Shown: one piece after another, positions 29,595 through 44,412 of the stretch
Position numbering within the stretch: position 1 is the stretch's first letter
Layout of the letters: every line of letters starts with the position of its first letter
Assembly: GCA_002009975.1 (NCBI GenBank)
Contig: MTLP01000007.1
Location: 1 to 64,000, forward strand
Length of the DNA: 64,000 nucleotides
Reading direction: 5' to 3'
Source of the DNA: Thermococcus sp. JdFR-02
GTDB lineage: Archaea > Methanobacteriota_B > Thermococci > Thermococcales > Thermococcaceae
Position numbers and translations under genes: made by a program
Notes under the pieces: generated by a model
The model's input: only the letters and a program-made list of their open reading frames with translations
Database searches by the model: none
What the model was told of the DNA's origin: nothing

Positions 29595-30496
29595 TCAATT
29601 GAAAAAGGAATCTCTACATCTTCCCCCCTTTCTCTTTTGTGCAACTCTTTTCTGTAAGCTTCCAAAGGTTTATCCTTCTTTTTGAGAAAGCGTGCAAAAG
29701 TTAAAGGTTTTTTCTCAAGTTCATCAAAGAATTCTGGATAGCGCTTATCTCTTATTAAGTGATGGTCAAGAATAATCTCTGAGTTAGTTTCGTTAATTAT
29801 CTCATTTAGATTTTTTAACCCAATTTTCCATGCATCTTTAACTCTATAGCCCTCTAAATAAGTTGGAGGACCTCCTATGATCAAAATGTCTGGCACTTGT
29901 TTTATTATCCATTCCTTGGCCTTCTCATTTAAAGCTTGAGTATCGCTTGCATGAACCAATCTTTTAGTTCCGTCGTCAATCATTACCATAATCACAAAAC
30001 CAAGCTTTGAACCTTCACTACCATGAGAGACTGGAGGGGAAAACTCCATTATGAATTCCCCTAAGTCAAAAAACTTTCCATCCGCATATTCAATTTTTTT
30101 GGCTATTTTGCGTGCCTCCTCTAAAAATACCCATGCCCTCTTTTTCTGACTAAAGTTTATGTTTTCAGTTGGATGCTTTATAAAAAGTGTTTTGCCCTCA
30201 TAAATCTCCCTCGCTTTTTCAGAGGATGAACTTTCATAAAGACCTTCAAAGAAAGGTGTATGATGGTCATAGTGGTAATGTGAAATAGTAATGATATCTG
30301 CCTTTTTTGCGTATCCCTGTATTTTTTCTCTCGCTTTTGTCAGTGCTTCAAGCTCAAGTTTTGCTGGTGGAAGAGAGTACCTTCTCGGACCTAAAGCTAC
30401 TCCAGGATCAACTAGAATACTAACTTTCTCAAGTTTTACGAAGGTTGCTAAGCTTCTAACCCCTAGGCTTTCCGATGCGAGAGGGATTATTTTCAT
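29591..30496 (-). CDS. Metallo-beta-lactamase-fold hydrolase (UPF0282-like)
   Basis: ASESLGVRS, SHYHYDHH, HASD, DHHLIRD motifs. Confidence 0.88.
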   Translation of the reverse strand: MKIIPLASESLGVRSLATFVKLEKVSILVDPGVALGPRRYSLPPAKLELEALTKAREKIQGYAKKADIITISHYHYDHHTPFFEGLYESSSSEKAREIYEGKTLFIKHPTENINFSQKKRAWVFLEEARKIAKKIEYADGKFFDLGEFIMEFSPPVSHGSEGSKLGFVIMVMIDDGTKRLVHASDTQALNEKAKEWIIKQVPDILIIGGPPTYLEGYRVKDAWKIGLKNLNEIINETNSEIILDHHLIRDKRYPEFFDELEKKPLTFARFLKKKDKPLEAYRKELHKRERGEDVEIPFSID

Positions 30497-30535
30497 AGGC
30501 TCACCTTAATTAATTTGAGAAATTATGAAATCTTG

Positions 30536-30862
30536 AGGCGGGAGGGCTATAGTCCGCCTTCTGTATTGGGGAGCATTCGACTAAGCGGCTTACCACGGGA
30601 GTCACACCGGGAACTCATCCTCCCTTTTTAGCCTTGCACCCCGCGGGACAGCCGTTTCACCGCTCCCCGACAAATCGTCTGCGGGTTAACTCGGGAGCTG
30701 TCACCAGCTCCTTTCACCGCTTTCATTCTCATCTTTGCCGGGACGTGTCGTTTCTGCGCTGTTGCCCTGCCTTTCGGCAGGTGCCTTACGGCACCGCGGC
30801 CCCGGTGTGGTGGGCGGAACTTCCTCGGGCATAAGCCCGACAGCTCCCAGCCCTCCCACCTA
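30536..30862 (-). ncRNA. rnpB: RNase P RNA (archaeal)
   Basis: GC-rich island; minus strand has GAGGAAGTTCCGCCC and ACAGAAGGCGGACTATA P4 halves and complementary termini GGGAGGGCT/AGCCCTCCC. Confidence 0.96.
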
Positions 30863-30912
30863 ATAAGATTTTAGAAAGAACTATTAATAAGACTTTGGTT
30901 ACTTTCAGATAA

Positions 30913-32520
30913 TTATCGCCTAAAGAATCCAAATTTCTTTGGCTTTTTACCTAGTGGAGATTTTCTCTTTGGTTTTGGTCTTTCTCTTCTCCTCCTAGTT
31001 TTTCTGGGTCTTCTAAGTGCATAAAGCAAGAGAGTTGTAACAATAACTACTGCGGCTAAGCCGAATTTATATAATGGATATTCCACCTTTTTTTCGATTT
31101 GGGTAGTTGGTTGGATAGGAGATGATGTTGTGGTTGTTTTTTCTGTTGTGGTAGTTGGAGTTGGCGTTTCCCACTTAAACAAAACTTCGCCCTCTTTTAC
31201 TATCTCCCTTTCAAAGCTCATAAGCTTGAATTCGTAGAACACCTTTTCCCTTTCGGGAACATCGAATGTAAGCTTTAGCTCATTTTTTCCGGGGAGGAGT
31301 AATAAATCACTCTTTCCTTTGTAGAGGATGCCCTTTCCGGTGTATATCTTATATTCTACACTTCCTTTCACTTCCATGCTGTTTGAGTTTATAATAACTA
31401 GGGTGAAATCTGCCTTCTTTTCATTTTTCCATTGATTAATGTTTATCTTCTCAATTTTTGGGATTGCTATGACTTTATAAAATGTCGAAACCTCCCCAAG
31501 GAGAGTTCCATTGTAAAAGATCTTTGCGGAAACCTTCATATCCCCCGATTTCTCTGGATAGAGCTCAAATTTATAAACGTTGGTTCCTTTCCTTAACTCA
31601 ACCCTTTTAACTTCTTTTCTTAGGAGCTGGTTGTTCTCCCCATAAATCTCCAAGGTTATATCTATGGGAATGTTCCTTTCAGAGGTTATGGTAACATATG
31701 CTTCATTTGCTTCATCTTCCAAAACAGATGTGCTTTTTAATGAAATGCTGGAAATTTCGACTCCAAATTGAATAAAGTATTCCTTTGAAAATATGTAACT
31801 ACCCCCTTCATAGCTTAACTCATAGATTAGCTTATATCTTCCAGATGGTATATTGTAAGGAACCAGAACTTCTAACTTAACTATGTTGTCCCCCTTTGTA
31901 ATGTTTATCATCTGTTCCTTAATCGAATACTTTTTCCCTTCTCTTTCTAGGTATGCTACAGCTTTTAGAGGTATAATGGTCCGCTTTAAGCTCTCTACAT
32001 GAGAATACACTACTATTGTTTCTCCATTTAGAGCATAATTTGCACTTAGAGGCCTCTCTTTAACATAAGATGATGCCTCCTTAAATATTAAAGGCTTATC
32101 TATAACGTTTACAGGGACCCTAGCAGTTATGATGTAAACATCACCGGAATGCAAAAAGCCCCAAAAGGTTAGGAGCAGTTGATATCTGCCAGCTTTAACA
32201 CTCTCATTAGCTGAAAGCTTATATTTAATCTTTCTCTCTTGTGTGGAGTTCCAGTTGTGGTATATTTTCTGCTCAAGTTCTAATGTGAACCCTTTAACTT
32301 CGTTAAGCCTCTCATCAACAACCTTATACTCTTTGAAGCTGACGATATCAAAGTTCAGCTCTGCATCATTTGAAAGAGTGAAGCTTCCTTCGGTGTAATC
32401 CCCGCTTAAAACGTTTATCTCTCCTGTAGTTGAGAAGGTTATAAACTGTGCAGAGGCAAAAGGAAGTATCGCTAAGAGCAGTGCTGAAATAAGTAACATC
32501 CTTCTCATTTTCTCCCCCAA
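30913..32520 (-). CDS. Secreted, C-terminally anchored hypothetical protein (Ig-like beta domains)
   Basis: Signal peptide, Thr-rich linker, C-terminal TM followed by Arg/Lys-rich tail. Confidence 0.7.
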   Translation of the reverse strand: MGEKMRRMLLISALLLAILPFASAQFITFSTTGEINVLSGDYTEGSFTLSNDAELNFDIVSFKEYKVVDERLNEVKGFTLELEQKIYHNWNSTQERKIKYKLSANESVKAGRYQLLLTFWGFLHSGDVYIITARVPVNVIDKPLIFKEASSYVKERPLSANYALNGETIVVYSHVESLKRTIIPLKAVAYLEREGKKYSIKEQMINITKGDNIVKLEVLVPYNIPSGRYKLIYELSYEGGSYIFSKEYFIQFGVEISSISLKSTSVLEDEANEAYVTITSERNIPIDITLEIYGENNQLLRKEVKRVELRKGTNVYKFELYPEKSGDMKVSAKIFYNGTLLGEVSTFYKVIAIPKIEKININQWKNEKKADFTLVIINSNSMEVKGSVEYKIYTGKGILYKGKSDLLLLPGKNELKLTFDVPEREKVFYEFKLMSFEREIVKEGEVLFKWETPTPTTTTEKTTTTSSPIQPTTQIEKKVEYPLYKFGLAAVVIVTTLLLYALRRPRKTRRRRERPKPKRKSPLGKKPKKFGFFRR

Positions 32521-32562
32521 AATATTTCTCCCTTAGGATATAAAGTTCTTGCTGTGCATGAA

Positions 32563-32835
32563 CTAACTTAGCAGAAGAAAGACTCCTATGACAGTCATAC
32601 CTATGAATGCAACCATACTTAGCTTATAAAGAAAAAGCTTGGAGAACTGTTCTCTAACTATCAAGTTGATTATGCTAAGCATTGCACCATAAAACGTGCT
32701 AAAAATCCCCAAAGCAAGCTTTAAATCAACTTTCAAGATTAGCAGAATCCCTAAGATTGAGCCAGCTAATACAGTTATGTGTGGTATAGTGAACATGTAA
32801 TAATTCAGCAGTACTTTGTTCTCTTCCATTTCCAC
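32563..32835 (-). CDS. Small hypothetical membrane protein
   Basis: 90 aa, about 3 hydrophobic segments, downstream of the atp operon. Confidence 0.65.
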   Translation of the reverse strand: MEMEENKVLLNYYMFTIPHITVLAGSILGILLILKVDLKLALGIFSTFYGAMLSIINLIVREQFSKLFLYKLSMVAFIGMTVIGVFLLLS

Positions 32836-33240
32836 TCACTCCATGATAAATGCGTATGTGGTTGTCGTTGGAAGCTTTCTTCTTATCTTTGGTAGCAGAT
32901 ATCTCGGCAAGGTTACTTCACTCTTTTCCTCCAAAATGTCATAAGTTCCAAGGATTTTTTCAATAACCTTCACTTCAATTTTTCCATGAATTTTAAAGTA
33001 GCCATGCCAAACAGGAGTTAACTCTAACACTATAGGGAGAAAGAGTTTATCCTTTTCCCATTCATCTATGAGGGATGATAGGAATAAAAGCTCCTCTTTC
33101 TTGAAATAATGCTTGCTTCCATCTCTAAGTTCAACTTTTGGTTCATCCTCTTCGAGCAATTTGGCTAGGCTTTTTCTTGTTTTTGGAAGATGAAGATTAA
33201 TCCTCGAAATCTCTTTGTTTAAAATTTTGTCAATTTTCAT
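32836..33240 (-). CDS. DUF61/UPF0216 family protein
   Basis: N.HLP..RKSL..LL.E..P....DG..HYF motif. Confidence 0.85.
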   Translation of the reverse strand: MKIDKILNKEISRINLHLPKTRKSLAKLLEEDEPKVELRDGSKHYFKKEELLFLSSLIDEWEKDKLFLPIVLELTPVWHGYFKIHGKIEVKVIEKILGTYDILEEKSEVTLPRYLLPKIRRKLPTTTTYAFIME

Positions 33241-33279
33241 GGACAGATCCTCAAGATGTTAATTTAACAAAATTAAAAA

Positions 33280-33921
33280 TTAGGCGTGTCTTGCCTCAAG
33301 TAAGGCTTTAACCCTCTTAAGCCTAAAGAAGTTTTCTCTCTCAATCTCATCTAAGCGCTGGCTTATGAACTTAACCGTTGCTTCCATCCTTGGGATTATT
33401 ATGTATTCCAAGGCATTAACTCTTCTTTTGGTCTTTTCAATTTCTCTTGCCAACCTTTTGAGTGTTTCCTCCACTTCTGCAAGCCTCACAGCCACATCTA
33501 AAACTTCCTCAAACTTCTGAGCGGCAATATCAACCCTCGAAGATGTAGAAACAAAGGGATATCCTCTTTCATCTGGCTTTCTCTTAAAGCTTTCAGCTTC
33601 AATTAGGGGGACTGGAACGCCCATGATATTTCTTTTTCTAATTGTTATTTCGTTGTTTGGCTTAACTCCCAAAGCAACTTCTTTAAGTTTCAGCAATCCA
33701 ACGTCAATTTCTGCTAATCTTAAGGCTGCAAAAGCCTCTTCCATCTTTTGAGCAAGCTCTTTTCTTAATGATAAGGCTTCATCATAGATAGTAAAGAATT
33801 CCATAATTAAAGCGTCCTGCTTTTCTTTGAGTAGCTTGTGACCTTTCTGGGCTAACTTGATTCTTCTCTTTAATTTAAGCAATTCCATACGTGTTGGCTT
33901 CACTTTGAGTATTTCTGGCAT
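33280..33921 (-). CDS. atpD: A/V-type ATP synthase subunit D
   Basis: [27 protein letters not shown] motifs. Confidence 0.95.
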   Translation of the reverse strand: MPEILKVKPTRMELLKLKRRIKLAQKGHKLLKEKQDALIMEFFTIYDEALSLRKELAQKMEEAFAALRLAEIDVGLLKLKEVALGVKPNNEITIRKRNIMGVPVPLIEAESFKRKPDERGYPFVSTSSRVDIAAQKFEEVLDVAVRLAEVEETLKRLAREIEKTKRRVNALEYIIIPRMEATVKFISQRLDEIERENFFRLKRVKALLEARHA

Positions 33922-33947
33922 TTTTATCACCTCAAAAAATTAGAGAG

Positions 33948-35348
33948 CTAGGCACTTCTGCCCTTGTACTTGGGGTGATACTTTTGTATGTACTTTGGCT
34001 CGATTCTCTTAAGCTCGCTCTCTGGAAGCATGGATAAGAGTTCCCACCCTAAGTCGAGAGTCTCAAAGATTCCTCTATCCTCATCGTAGGCTTGAGCTAT
34101 GAATTCCCTTTCGAATCTATCAGCAAAGGCTAAATATTTTCTATCAATATCTGAAAGTGCTTCTTCACCAACTACAGCAACTAAGTCCCTCAAACTTCTA
34201 CCTTCTGCATAAGCTGCATACAATTGTTGGCTCAATTGTGGGTGATCGTCTCTTGTTCTTCCCTTACCAATACCATCTTTCATCAATCTTGAAAGTGAGG
34301 GTAAAACGTCAATTGGTGGATAAATTCCCTTTCTGTGCAAATCTCTACTAAGGACAATTTGTCCTTCTGTAATATAACCCGTAAGGTCTGGAATTGGGTG
34401 AGTAATGTCGTCATCAGGCATTGTTAAAATTGGCATTTGTGTGATGCTTCCTTTTCTACCTTTAACCCTACCAGCTCTTTCATAAATTGTTGCTAAATCT
34501 GTGTAGAGGTAACCTGGATAACCTCTTCTCCCTGGAACCTCCTCTCTTGCTGCAGAGATTTCTCTCAATGCTTCACAGTAGTTTGTCATGTCTGTGAGGA
34601 TAACCAAAACTTGCATGTCGTAGTCATAAGCTAAATATTCTGCGACTGTTAATGCCATTCTTGGGGTGATTATTCTTTCAATAGCTGGGTCATCAGCTAA
34701 GTTCAAGAATAGCACAGCTCTTTCTATAGCTCCAGTCTCTTCAAAGCTCTTCTTAAAGAAGTTAGCCTCTTCATAGGTAATACCCATTGCTGCAAAGACG
34801 ACTGCAAACTGTTCTTCTTCACCTAAAACCTTGGCTTGCCTTGCAATTTGAGCGGCTAATTTATTATGTGGTAAACCTGAACCGCTAAATATTGGCAACT
34901 TTTGACCTCTAACGAGTGTGTTCATACCATCTATAGCTGAAACACCTGTTTGGATGAAGTCTCTTGGATAGGCTCTAGCTACTGGATTTAATGGAGCACC
35001 GTGAACATCTCTTCTGTCCTCTGGAATTATGTCTGGACCTCCATCGATTGGTCTCCCAATACCATTGAATATTCTCCCAAGCATATCGATTGAGACTGGA
35101 ACCTTTAATGTTTCACCGGTGAACCTAACTCTTGTGCTTTTAACATCTAAGTCTCTCGTTCCCTCGAAAACTTGAACAATTGCCAAGTTTTCTCTAGCTT
35201 CAAGCACTTGTCCCTTCCTTTTTCCTCCATCAGGCAGCTCTATCTCAACAACTTCACCATAAGCTACTCCCTTAACTCCTTCGATAATCATTAGAGGACC
35301 GTAGATTTTGCTAATTGTGGAGTATTCTTTTCCAACCATTTTGTTCAC
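33948..35348 (-). CDS. atpB: A/V-type ATP synthase subunit B
   Basis: [25 protein letters not shown] motifs. Confidence 0.97.
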   Translation of the reverse strand: MNKMVGKEYSTISKIYGPLMIIEGVKGVAYGEVVEIELPDGGKRKGQVLEARENLAIVQVFEGTRDLDVKSTRVRFTGETLKVPVSIDMLGRIFNGIGRPIDGGPDIIPEDRRDVHGAPLNPVARAYPRDFIQTGVSAIDGMNTLVRGQKLPIFSGSGLPHNKLAAQIARQAKVLGEEEQFAVVFAAMGITYEEANFFKKSFEETGAIERAVLFLNLADDPAIERIITPRMALTVAEYLAYDYDMQVLVILTDMTNYCEALREISAAREEVPGRRGYPGYLYTDLATIYERAGRVKGRKGSITQMPILTMPDDDITHPIPDLTGYITEGQIVLSRDLHRKGIYPPIDVLPSLSRLMKDGIGKGRTRDDHPQLSQQLYAAYAEGRSLRDLVAVVGEEALSDIDRKYLAFADRFEREFIAQAYDEDRGIFETLDLGWELLSMLPESELKRIEPKYIQKYHPKYKGRSA

Positions 35349-37102
35349 GCTCCATACTTATTAAAGAGTTCTTCAAATTGCTCTTTTGTTTCATCCATGA
35401 GCTTTGCAATTTCCTCAACATTTGCCTCATACTTCATTCTACCAATCTTTTCCCTGACTGGAAGTTTGGCTATCTCTTCAACTGGGATCCCTCTATCAAT
35501 TGCTTGCATTGTGTATTCATAAAAGTTGAGAAGTGTTTTCATCATGGTTATTTGCTTCTTTGGTGGACAATATGTATCAACTTCATGGAAAGCATCCTGT
35601 TGGAGGTAATCTTCTCTAATCATTCTCGCAACTAAGAGAATTGCCCTCTCTCTATCTGGAAGTGCATCTGGACCTACGATTCTAACAATCTCTTGCAATT
35701 CGGCTTCTTTTTGTAATAGCTCCATAGCTCTGTCTCTTAAAGCTTTCCACTCTAAATCAACATTACTTTGCCACCAGCTTTTTACAGCATCAACATAAAG
35801 TGAGTAGCTCATTAGCCAGTTAATTGCTGGGAAGTGCCTTCTTCTTGCCAAATCTGCATCCAATGCCCAAAATACCTTAACCACTCTCAATGTGTTTTGG
35901 ACGACTGGTTCACTAAAGTCTCCACCCGGTGGTGAAACTGCACCGATGACACTAACACTTCCCACTCTTTCATCACTTCCTAGAACCCTAACTCTACCAG
36001 CTCTCTCATAGAACTCGGCAATTTTACTTGCAAGGTAAGCTGGATAACCCTCTTCACCAGGCATTTCCTCTAAACGACCTGATATTTCTCTCAATGCTTC
36101 AGCCCATCTTGAAGTTGAGTCTGCCATTAAAGCAACATCATACCCCATGTCTCTAAAGTACTCCGCAATTGTAATTCCAGTGTAAATTGAAGCCTCTCTT
36201 GCTGCAACAGGCATGTTTGAAGTGTTAGCAATTAAAACAGTTCTCTCCATCAATGGCTTTCCACTTCTTGGATCTTTTAGCTTTGGAAACTCCTCAAGAA
36301 CATCTGTCATCTCGTTACCTCTCTCACCACAACCAATGTAAACTACAACTTGGGCATCACTCCACTTTGCTAATTGATGTTGTGTAACAGTTTTTCCACT
36401 TCCAAATGGTCCTGGAATTGCTGCAGTTCCTCCCTTAGCTTGTGGGAAGAAGGTGTCAATTATTCTTTGTCCTGTAATTAATGGAACCTCTGGAGGAAGC
36501 TTTTCTTTATAGGGTCTCTTTTGTCTTACAGGCCACTTGTGATACATCTTTAGCTCTTTTATCTCCCCGCTTGGAGTTTTTACTTTTGCAATAACCTCTT
36601 CGATGGTGTACTCCCCTTCTTCCGCAATCTCGACTATTTCTCCCTCGACATGTGGAGGAACCATAATTTTGTGCTCTATTAAGCTTGTCTCTGGAACAAC
36701 ACCCAAAATATCGCCGCCAACAACTTTATCGCCAACTTTTACTTTTGGAGTGAAGTGCCATTTCTTTTCCCTATCCAAAGCTGGAGCAGTTAATCCTCTT
36801 GCAATGAAGTCACCACTTTTTTCTCTAAGAATTTCAAGAGGTCTTTGAATACCATCATAAATTGAGGTAAGTAATCCAGGACCTAATTCAACACTCAATG
36901 AAGCACCTGTTCCAATAACGGGTTCGCCTGGTTTAATACCTGCAGTTTCCTCGTAAACTTGTATAACAGCTGTATCCCCTTCTAAACGAATGATCTCACC
37001 AATTAATCCCAATTCACCAACCCTAACTACCTCGTACATTCTGCTTCCTCTCATTCCATCGGCAACTACCAAAGGTCCAGTAACCCTAATTATTTTTCCC
37101 AT
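35345..37102 (-). CDS. atpA: A/V-type ATP synthase subunit A
   Basis: GPFGSGKT P-loop, [17 protein letters not shown]; no intein. Confidence 0.97.
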   Translation of the reverse strand: MGKIIRVTGPLVVADGMRGSRMYEVVRVGELGLIGEIIRLEGDTAVIQVYEETAGIKPGEPVIGTGASLSVELGPGLLTSIYDGIQRPLEILREKSGDFIARGLTAPALDREKKWHFTPKVKVGDKVVGGDILGVVPETSLIEHKIMVPPHVEGEIVEIAEEGEYTIEEVIAKVKTPSGEIKELKMYHKWPVRQKRPYKEKLPPEVPLITGQRIIDTFFPQAKGGTAAIPGPFGSGKTVTQHQLAKWSDAQVVVYIGCGERGNEMTDVLEEFPKLKDPRSGKPLMERTVLIANTSNMPVAAREASIYTGITIAEYFRDMGYDVALMADSTSRWAEALREISGRLEEMPGEEGYPAYLASKIAEFYERAGRVRVLGSDERVGSVSVIGAVSPPGGDFSEPVVQNTLRVVKVFWALDADLARRRHFPAINWLMSYSLYVDAVKSWWQSNVDLEWKALRDRAMELLQKEAELQEIVRIVGPDALPDRERAILLVARMIREDYLQQDAFHEVDTYCPPKKQITMMKTLLNFYEYTMQAIDRGIPVEEIAKLPVREKIGRMKYEANVEEIAKLMDETKEQFEELFNKYGA

Positions 37103-37107
37103 CTTTT

Positions 37108-37416
37108 TCACCTCTTAATTTCTACACCAATGGCTTTCCTAACTATTTCCCTCAATTGGGCTTCACCATATATTGAACCAAACTTATCGGGAATTTGAAG
37201 GATGATTGGGAACTTAACTTCTGGGATTTCAACTCTCTCAGCTAATCTTTCTGTAATAAGTATTATACCAACATCTTCCCTCTCAATGAGCTCTTTTAAC
37301 TTGTTCTTAGCCCTTTCAGTTTCTAAGGAAGTTTCTCCAAATGAATAGGCTTCGTGAACTCCTGCAAGCTTAAAGCCGAGAACTGTATCCATATCACCCA
37401 TTAAGACTATCTTCAT
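37108..37416 (-). CDS. atpF: A/V-type ATP synthase subunit F
   Basis: [19 protein letters not shown] motifs. Confidence 0.95.
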   Translation of the reverse strand: MKIVLMGDMDTVLGFKLAGVHEAYSFGETSLETERAKNKLKELIEREDVGIILITERLAERVEIPEVKFPIILQIPDKFGSIYGEAQLREIVRKAIGVEIKR

Positions 37417-38525
37417 GGTATCTCACCTATAATTGTCTTTATTTTCTCTGGCTTTATTTTATCTTCGATTAGCTTTGCTATTGCTTTTAGCTTTCTAACT
37501 TCACTTTCTTTTTGCAGGATATAACTGACTGGTACAGCAACGCTTAATGGGTAAAATCTTGTGAACTCAATCATTTTTCTCCTTATGAACTTCTCAAAGG
37601 CTACTTCAAATGAAGCAAGATCACCTTTCTCCAGTTCCTCTCTTACTTCTCTAACTATCTCTGAATATTTCGTTGAGTCAAGCTCTGCTAAAGCCATGCT
37701 TAAATCTTCAACGTTCAAAAGTGTTTCAATCGTCCTTTGGCTTAAGCTTCCTTCCATTAGGAGCATTGATTTAATCTTTTCAGAACTTAATCTGTGAAGC
37801 TTTGCCCTTAAGATTGTTAAAATATTTATCTTGTCTATCTTGAGTTTTACGAATTCCTCGAGTATCTTCCTCTCTTCATCTCCTCTTGAAAGTGCAAAAT
37901 TAAGTAGCTTTAGATAATGCATCCTGTAAAGCTCTGTTTCAAACTCTTCGACGCTTATTTCCTTTAGAAGAAGCTTTTGATAAACTTCTTCATATTCTGT
38001 ACCCTCAAGAATTACCAGAATTTCTTCCATTGTTTTAGCTTCTGCCATTGCTTTTATCTTTTCAATCATAGTTCCAAGCTCTGCTACATAATCCCTAGCA
38101 ACTTCTCCATAAAGTTTTGCTTTTACGACAGATGAGATATTTCTAACATCCCACTCTTCGAGAAGCAAGTTAAAAAATTGCCTAACCCTTTTGGGCAATA
38201 TTTTGAACATTAAGGCATAGGTATCTGCAAGGGCTTCATCAAAAGCTCTATCAATTGTTTCTGCGGTATATGAATTTAATTTGCTTAGATATGGCTTGTA
38301 ATCGCTATCTTCTAAATTCATAACAAAATTATTCAAAGTCTTTGATTCTGCAAGTTCAGAAAATCTCTGCTCAGTGAAGAATCTCGCTTCCATGGCTCTA
38401 ATCCTTGCGTTTGGGTAGGAATATGGAGTATATTTCCAAATAATCCTGCTCGTTTTATATCCTATCCAAGTAAAAATCAATGCTAATGTTGTGTCTAAAA
38501 TGCCTGTTATGGTGTTTATCTCCAT
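37413..38525 (-). CDS. atpC: A/V-type ATP synthase subunit C
   Basis: YPNARIRAM motif; operon position. Confidence 0.93.
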   Translation of the reverse strand: MEINTITGILDTTLALIFTWIGYKTSRIIWKYTPYSYPNARIRAMEARFFTEQRFSELAESKTLNNFVMNLEDSDYKPYLSKLNSYTAETIDRAFDEALADTYALMFKILPKRVRQFFNLLLEEWDVRNISSVVKAKLYGEVARDYVAELGTMIEKIKAMAEAKTMEEILVILEGTEYEEVYQKLLLKEISVEEFETELYRMHYLKLLNFALSRGDEERKILEEFVKLKIDKINILTILRAKLHRLSSEKIKSMLLMEGSLSQRTIETLLNVEDLSMALAELDSTKYSEIVREVREELEKGDLASFEVAFEKFIRRKMIEFTRFYPLSVAVPVSYILQKESEVRKLKAIAKLIEDKIKPEKIKTIIGEIP

Positions 38526-38531
38526 AATCTT

Positions 38532-39143
38532 TCACCCAAAGAGTGCTTTTGCTATTATACTTCTGAGTTCGCTTTGTAACCTTTCAATTCTGGCTTCGAA
38601 GGTGTTATCAACCCTCACATTACCTTCTTGATTCTCTACCACTACCCCTCCAATTGTTTCTCTCTTGGTGCCAATTTCAATGCTAATTTCTTTCCCTAAC
38701 TTCTCTTTAAGGAAGGATTTTACCTCTTCAATATTTCCTGCTATCATCTGTAATGTGGCTTCATTGGAGCTAATTCTTACCCTAGTTTCTCCCAGCTCTG
38801 CAACAGCTTGCAGTATTAAGTTTTTAACTATCTCAAAGTACTCTTCTTCTGGTAGTGATGAGAGCCTTTCTTTGAGACCCGTAAATACTTCGTTTATAAA
38901 CGTCTCTTGTGTTTGCAGCTTTTTCCTTCTAATTTCAAGCTTTGCATTTGCTATGATTCTGCTCTTTTCAATCTCTGCTTGTGTTTGAGCTTTTCTTATT
39001 ATCCATTCCGCTTTTGATTGTGCTCTACGTTCTGCTTCTTTTTTTATCTGCTCTGCTTGCTCCCTTGCCTCGTTTATGATATAATTTATCTTTTGTTCTG
39101 CTTCTCTGTGGATTTCATCGATGATCAGTTTTGCTCCTTCCAT
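38532..39143 (-). CDS. atpE: A/V-type ATP synthase subunit E
   Basis: N-terminal coiled coil, IGGVVV, VDNTFEARI motifs. Confidence 0.94.
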   Translation of the reverse strand: MEGAKLIIDEIHREAEQKINYIINEAREQAEQIKKEAERRAQSKAEWIIRKAQTQAEIEKSRIIANAKLEIRRKKLQTQETFINEVFTGLKERLSSLPEEEYFEIVKNLILQAVAELGETRVRISSNEATLQMIAGNIEEVKSFLKEKLGKEISIEIGTKRETIGGVVVENQEGNVRVDNTFEARIERLQSELRSIIAKALFG

Positions 39144-39181
39144 AGCTTTTCCTCCTTATGGAATTAAGGAAAAGGAGTAGC

Positions 39182-41661
<2,480 letters not shown>

Positions 41662-41662
41662 C

Positions 41663-41974
41663 TTAGATCCCTCTTATTAACTTTATCGCCTCGTTAATGG
41701 CTTTTTCGAAATTTTCAGTTGCTTTGACTTTAAGATCTTCAAGCTCCTTCTTGCCACTTTCTATTATAATCTTTGCTTCACTCTCCCCTTCTTTCTTCTT
41801 TTCCTCGATTATTGCTTTAGCTTTCTTTTCTGCTTCCTCTAAAATTCTTTTCTCTATTTCTTTTGCTTCCTCTTTAGCTTTCAAAATAATAGCTTTTGCT
41901 TCCTCTTTTGCCTTTTCAATACGTATTTCGGCCTCTTTTTCTGCATCTACGATTTGCTTAATAATATCTTCCAT
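41663..41974 (-). CDS. atpH: A/V-type ATP synthase subunit H
   Basis: E/K/A-rich coiled coil; first gene of operon; likely start MEDIIK. Confidence 0.9.
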   Translation of the reverse strand: MEDIIKQIVDAEKEAEIRIEKAKEEAKAIILKAKEEAKEIEKRILEEAEKKAKAIIEEKKKEGESEAKIIIESGKKELEDLKVKATENFEKAINEAIKLIRGI

Positions 41975-42190
41975 GAGCATCATCTCCCAATGATAGGTGA
42001 AAATAAGGTACATTTTTGGCTATGATGATTAGTTTAAATAGTTTATGCTCATATAACATGGCATTTCTGCAAATTGCTTGCTAAGGGTGAAAATATTTTC
42101 ATCATTATGTCAAGAATATTGAAAATTAATGAAAGATTATTCAAAAATTTTTAAAACAAAATGTCAAAAAGAGAACAACATTGATCAAAC

Positions 42191-42877
42191 TTATTCTTCA
42201 GACCTCTTTCTTTCAAAGATATTCTTAACGTCCTTTAAAGTGGTGTTTCTAGCAAAAACAACTATTTGTCCCTTCTTTGGAAGTTTTGTATCTCCAGAGG
42301 GTATTATTAGGTTTCCCTTCTCGTCATATATTGCTACAATTAAGGAATCTTTTGGCAGTCCAAGTTCCTTTACCAATTTTTCTGAAACTTCATTGTCACC
42401 ATTTATTTGGAACTCTACTATTTCGGCTCCCTCTTTTGGGAATATAACTCTGTTGAATCCGGGAGTGAGGATACTCCTAAAGATGTAGTTGGCGGCTATT
42501 TCTTCAGGGCTTATTACAAAATCAAAGTATCTCTTTAAGTCTTCTACCTTCTCAAAGACTTCCTTGTTTTTTGGATTGCTAACCCTAAGCACGGTTATTA
42601 CATTTGGGTTCAAATGTTTGGCTAGAATACACGCTAAAAGGTTTGCATCATCTCTACCAGTTAAGGCAGCAAATGCATCGGCTTGTTTTATGTTTGCTTC
42701 TTCAAGGGTCTTTTGGTCAGTTGCATCGCCTTCAATAACCAATCCATTAATGAGGAAAGAAAGTTCCTTAGCTCTCTCCTTTTCCATCTCTATTATTGTG
42801 ACATCATGACCCTCATTCTCAAGCATCTTCGCAACCAAGTATCCAACTCTACCAGCCCCCATAATAACAACAAACAT
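42191..42877 (-). CDS. trkA: TrkA family potassium uptake protein
   Basis: GAGRVG Rossmann motif, GDATD, RCK-C domain. Confidence 0.92.
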   Translation of the reverse strand: MFVVIMGAGRVGYLVAKMLENEGHDVTIIEMEKERAKELSFLINGLVIEGDATDQKTLEEANIKQADAFAALTGRDDANLLACILAKHLNPNVITVLRVSNPKNKEVFEKVEDLKRYFDFVISPEEIAANYIFRSILTPGFNRVIFPKEGAEIVEFQINGDNEVSEKLVKELGLPKDSLIVAIYDEKGNLIIPSGDTKLPKKGQIVVFARNTTLKDVKNIFERKRSEE

Positions 42878-42882
42878 CTAAT

Positions 42883-44412
42883 TCACCTCTTTTTCGCTTG
42901 AAGCAACACCTTAGCTATCTCTGCATAGGCTGGTCTTGTTATGGTTATACCAATTAATACTCCAAGTATTGTTGTGAAGGCAAATCCTCTTAGTCCACCA
43001 ACGAAGAATTTGAACAAGAAGCTCATTGCTACTATTGTGGTTGATGCTGACGCTAAGATTACAAAGAATGCCCTACCCATCCTTTTCAGCATGCTGCTCC
43101 TCTTAACGATTCTCTCCTTTCTTTCACTTCCTAAGAGTTCATCGGTAATAACTATTTGCTGGTCAACGCCGGTGCCAATTGCCGCTATAATTCCGGCTAT
43201 ACTTGGCAAATCTAGGTTCCATTTAATTAACGCAGCGATTCCAAGTATTATTATAACTTCACTTAAGCTTGTCGTCACAACTGGTACAGCGATACTAATC
43301 TTTCTGTAGTGAGCATATATAACAAGTCCAACAACTATTAAAGCTGCTATTCCCGCTATTAGAACTTGTTTCTTAAAGTTCTCACCCAATTCTGGAGAAA
43401 TGTATTGAGAACCTTCCACATAGACCTTTATTGGCAGTGATCCACTGCTCAATACTACCGCTATGACTTGAGCTTCGTGTTGGGCTATATATTGATCTGG
43501 AGCAGTTCCAGTAATTTCAACGTCTGTTGAAGGTACACCCCTTGCCAATCCTTCACTTAAAGTATAAGGACCGTATAATCCTAAAGCTCTCGTTATGACC
43601 TCTGTTAGATCTTCATTTGTTCCCCTCTCAAAGTATCTAACTTTTATCCCCTTAGCATCGAGTTGTTCTTTTAGACCACTATCAACATCTATCAGCACTA
43701 TCAATTCCTTGTCCTTAGCCAAGCTCATAATTTCATCGATACTTTGATTTGTGTATGTGATGGTGTCTATATTGAAAGCTTTTTTAATACGCTCTGTTAG
43801 AGGCATTGCTTGAGGAGCCTTGGCTTTAAATTCATTTGATGTCATTAAAGCGTAAACATCTGGAGAGACTACTAAGAGGGAGTTCTTTGGAGGGTCTAAA
43901 AACATGTCAACTGGATAGTTTGCTTTTCCTTCAGCTATTTTAGCAAATTTTTCTGCTGCAGTTTTTGAAATCCTAAATGGGACATGCCATTTGTAGTATC
44001 CACCAGAGGGTTCTATACGAATGTTAAACACTTGTTCTATATCCTCTCCAGTTGCGAAGATTTCTCCCTCAAATTCTGCAAAGAATACACCTTGTCTCTC
44101 AATAGTTTCTTTTATGCTTTGGGCTTCCTCTTCCGTAACTCCTGCAACTTTAACTAAAATAAACTGGTCTCCCCAAGGTTGAATCTTAATATCCTTTACT
44201 CCAAGCTGATTTAATCTCTTATCTAAAGACACCCTAACTTGCTCCATTGTAGCAGAATCCACAGGTTTTTCCAATTTTACAGTTATAGCGCTCCCACCAC
44301 TTATGTCAAGACCAAAAGTTAATCCATAAGCTAAAAGTGAAGCTATTGAACCCATGATGAAGATTAGAAGCAGTAACACTCTTCCATTAAGTAGAACTTT
44401 TTTCCAGCTCAT
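42883..44412 (-). CDS. secD: Preprotein translocase subunit SecD
   Basis: [31 protein letters not shown] motifs. Confidence 0.95.
   Translation of the reverse strand: MSWKKVLLNGRVLLLLIFIMGSIASLLAYGLTFGLDISGGSAITVKLEKPVDSATMEQVRVSLDKRLNQLGVKDIKIQPWGDQFILVKVAGVTEEEAQSIKETIERQGVFFAEFEGEIFATGEDIEQVFNIRIEPSGGYYKWHVPFRISKTAAEKFAKIAEGKANYPVDMFLDPPKNSLLVVSPDVYALMTSNEFKAKAPQAMPLTERIKKAFNIDTITYTNQSIDEIMSLAKDKELIVLIDVDSGLKEQLDAKGIKVRYFERGTNEDLTEVITRALGLYGPYTLSEGLARGVPSTDVEITGTAPDQYIAQHEAQVIAVVLSSGSLPIKVYVEGSQYISPELGENFKKQVLIAGIAALIVVGLVIYAHYRKISIAVPVVTTSLSEVIIILGIAALIKWNLDLPSIAGIIAAIGTGVDQQIVITDELLGSERKERIVKRSSMLKRMGRAFFVILASASTTIVAMSFLFKFFVGGLRGFAFTTILGVLIGITITRPAYAEIAKVLLQAKKR

Noticed and set aside
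30634-30834. 66-aa plus-strand ORF
   Set aside because: It lies antisense within the RNase P RNA and is a by-product of GC richness.
35345-37102. Possible intein in ATP synthase subunit A
   Set aside because: The sequence is continuous after GPFGSGKT and the length is normal.
42129-42488. 119-aa plus-strand ORF upstream of the atp operon
   Set aside because: Mostly antisense to trkA, with no RBS or motif.
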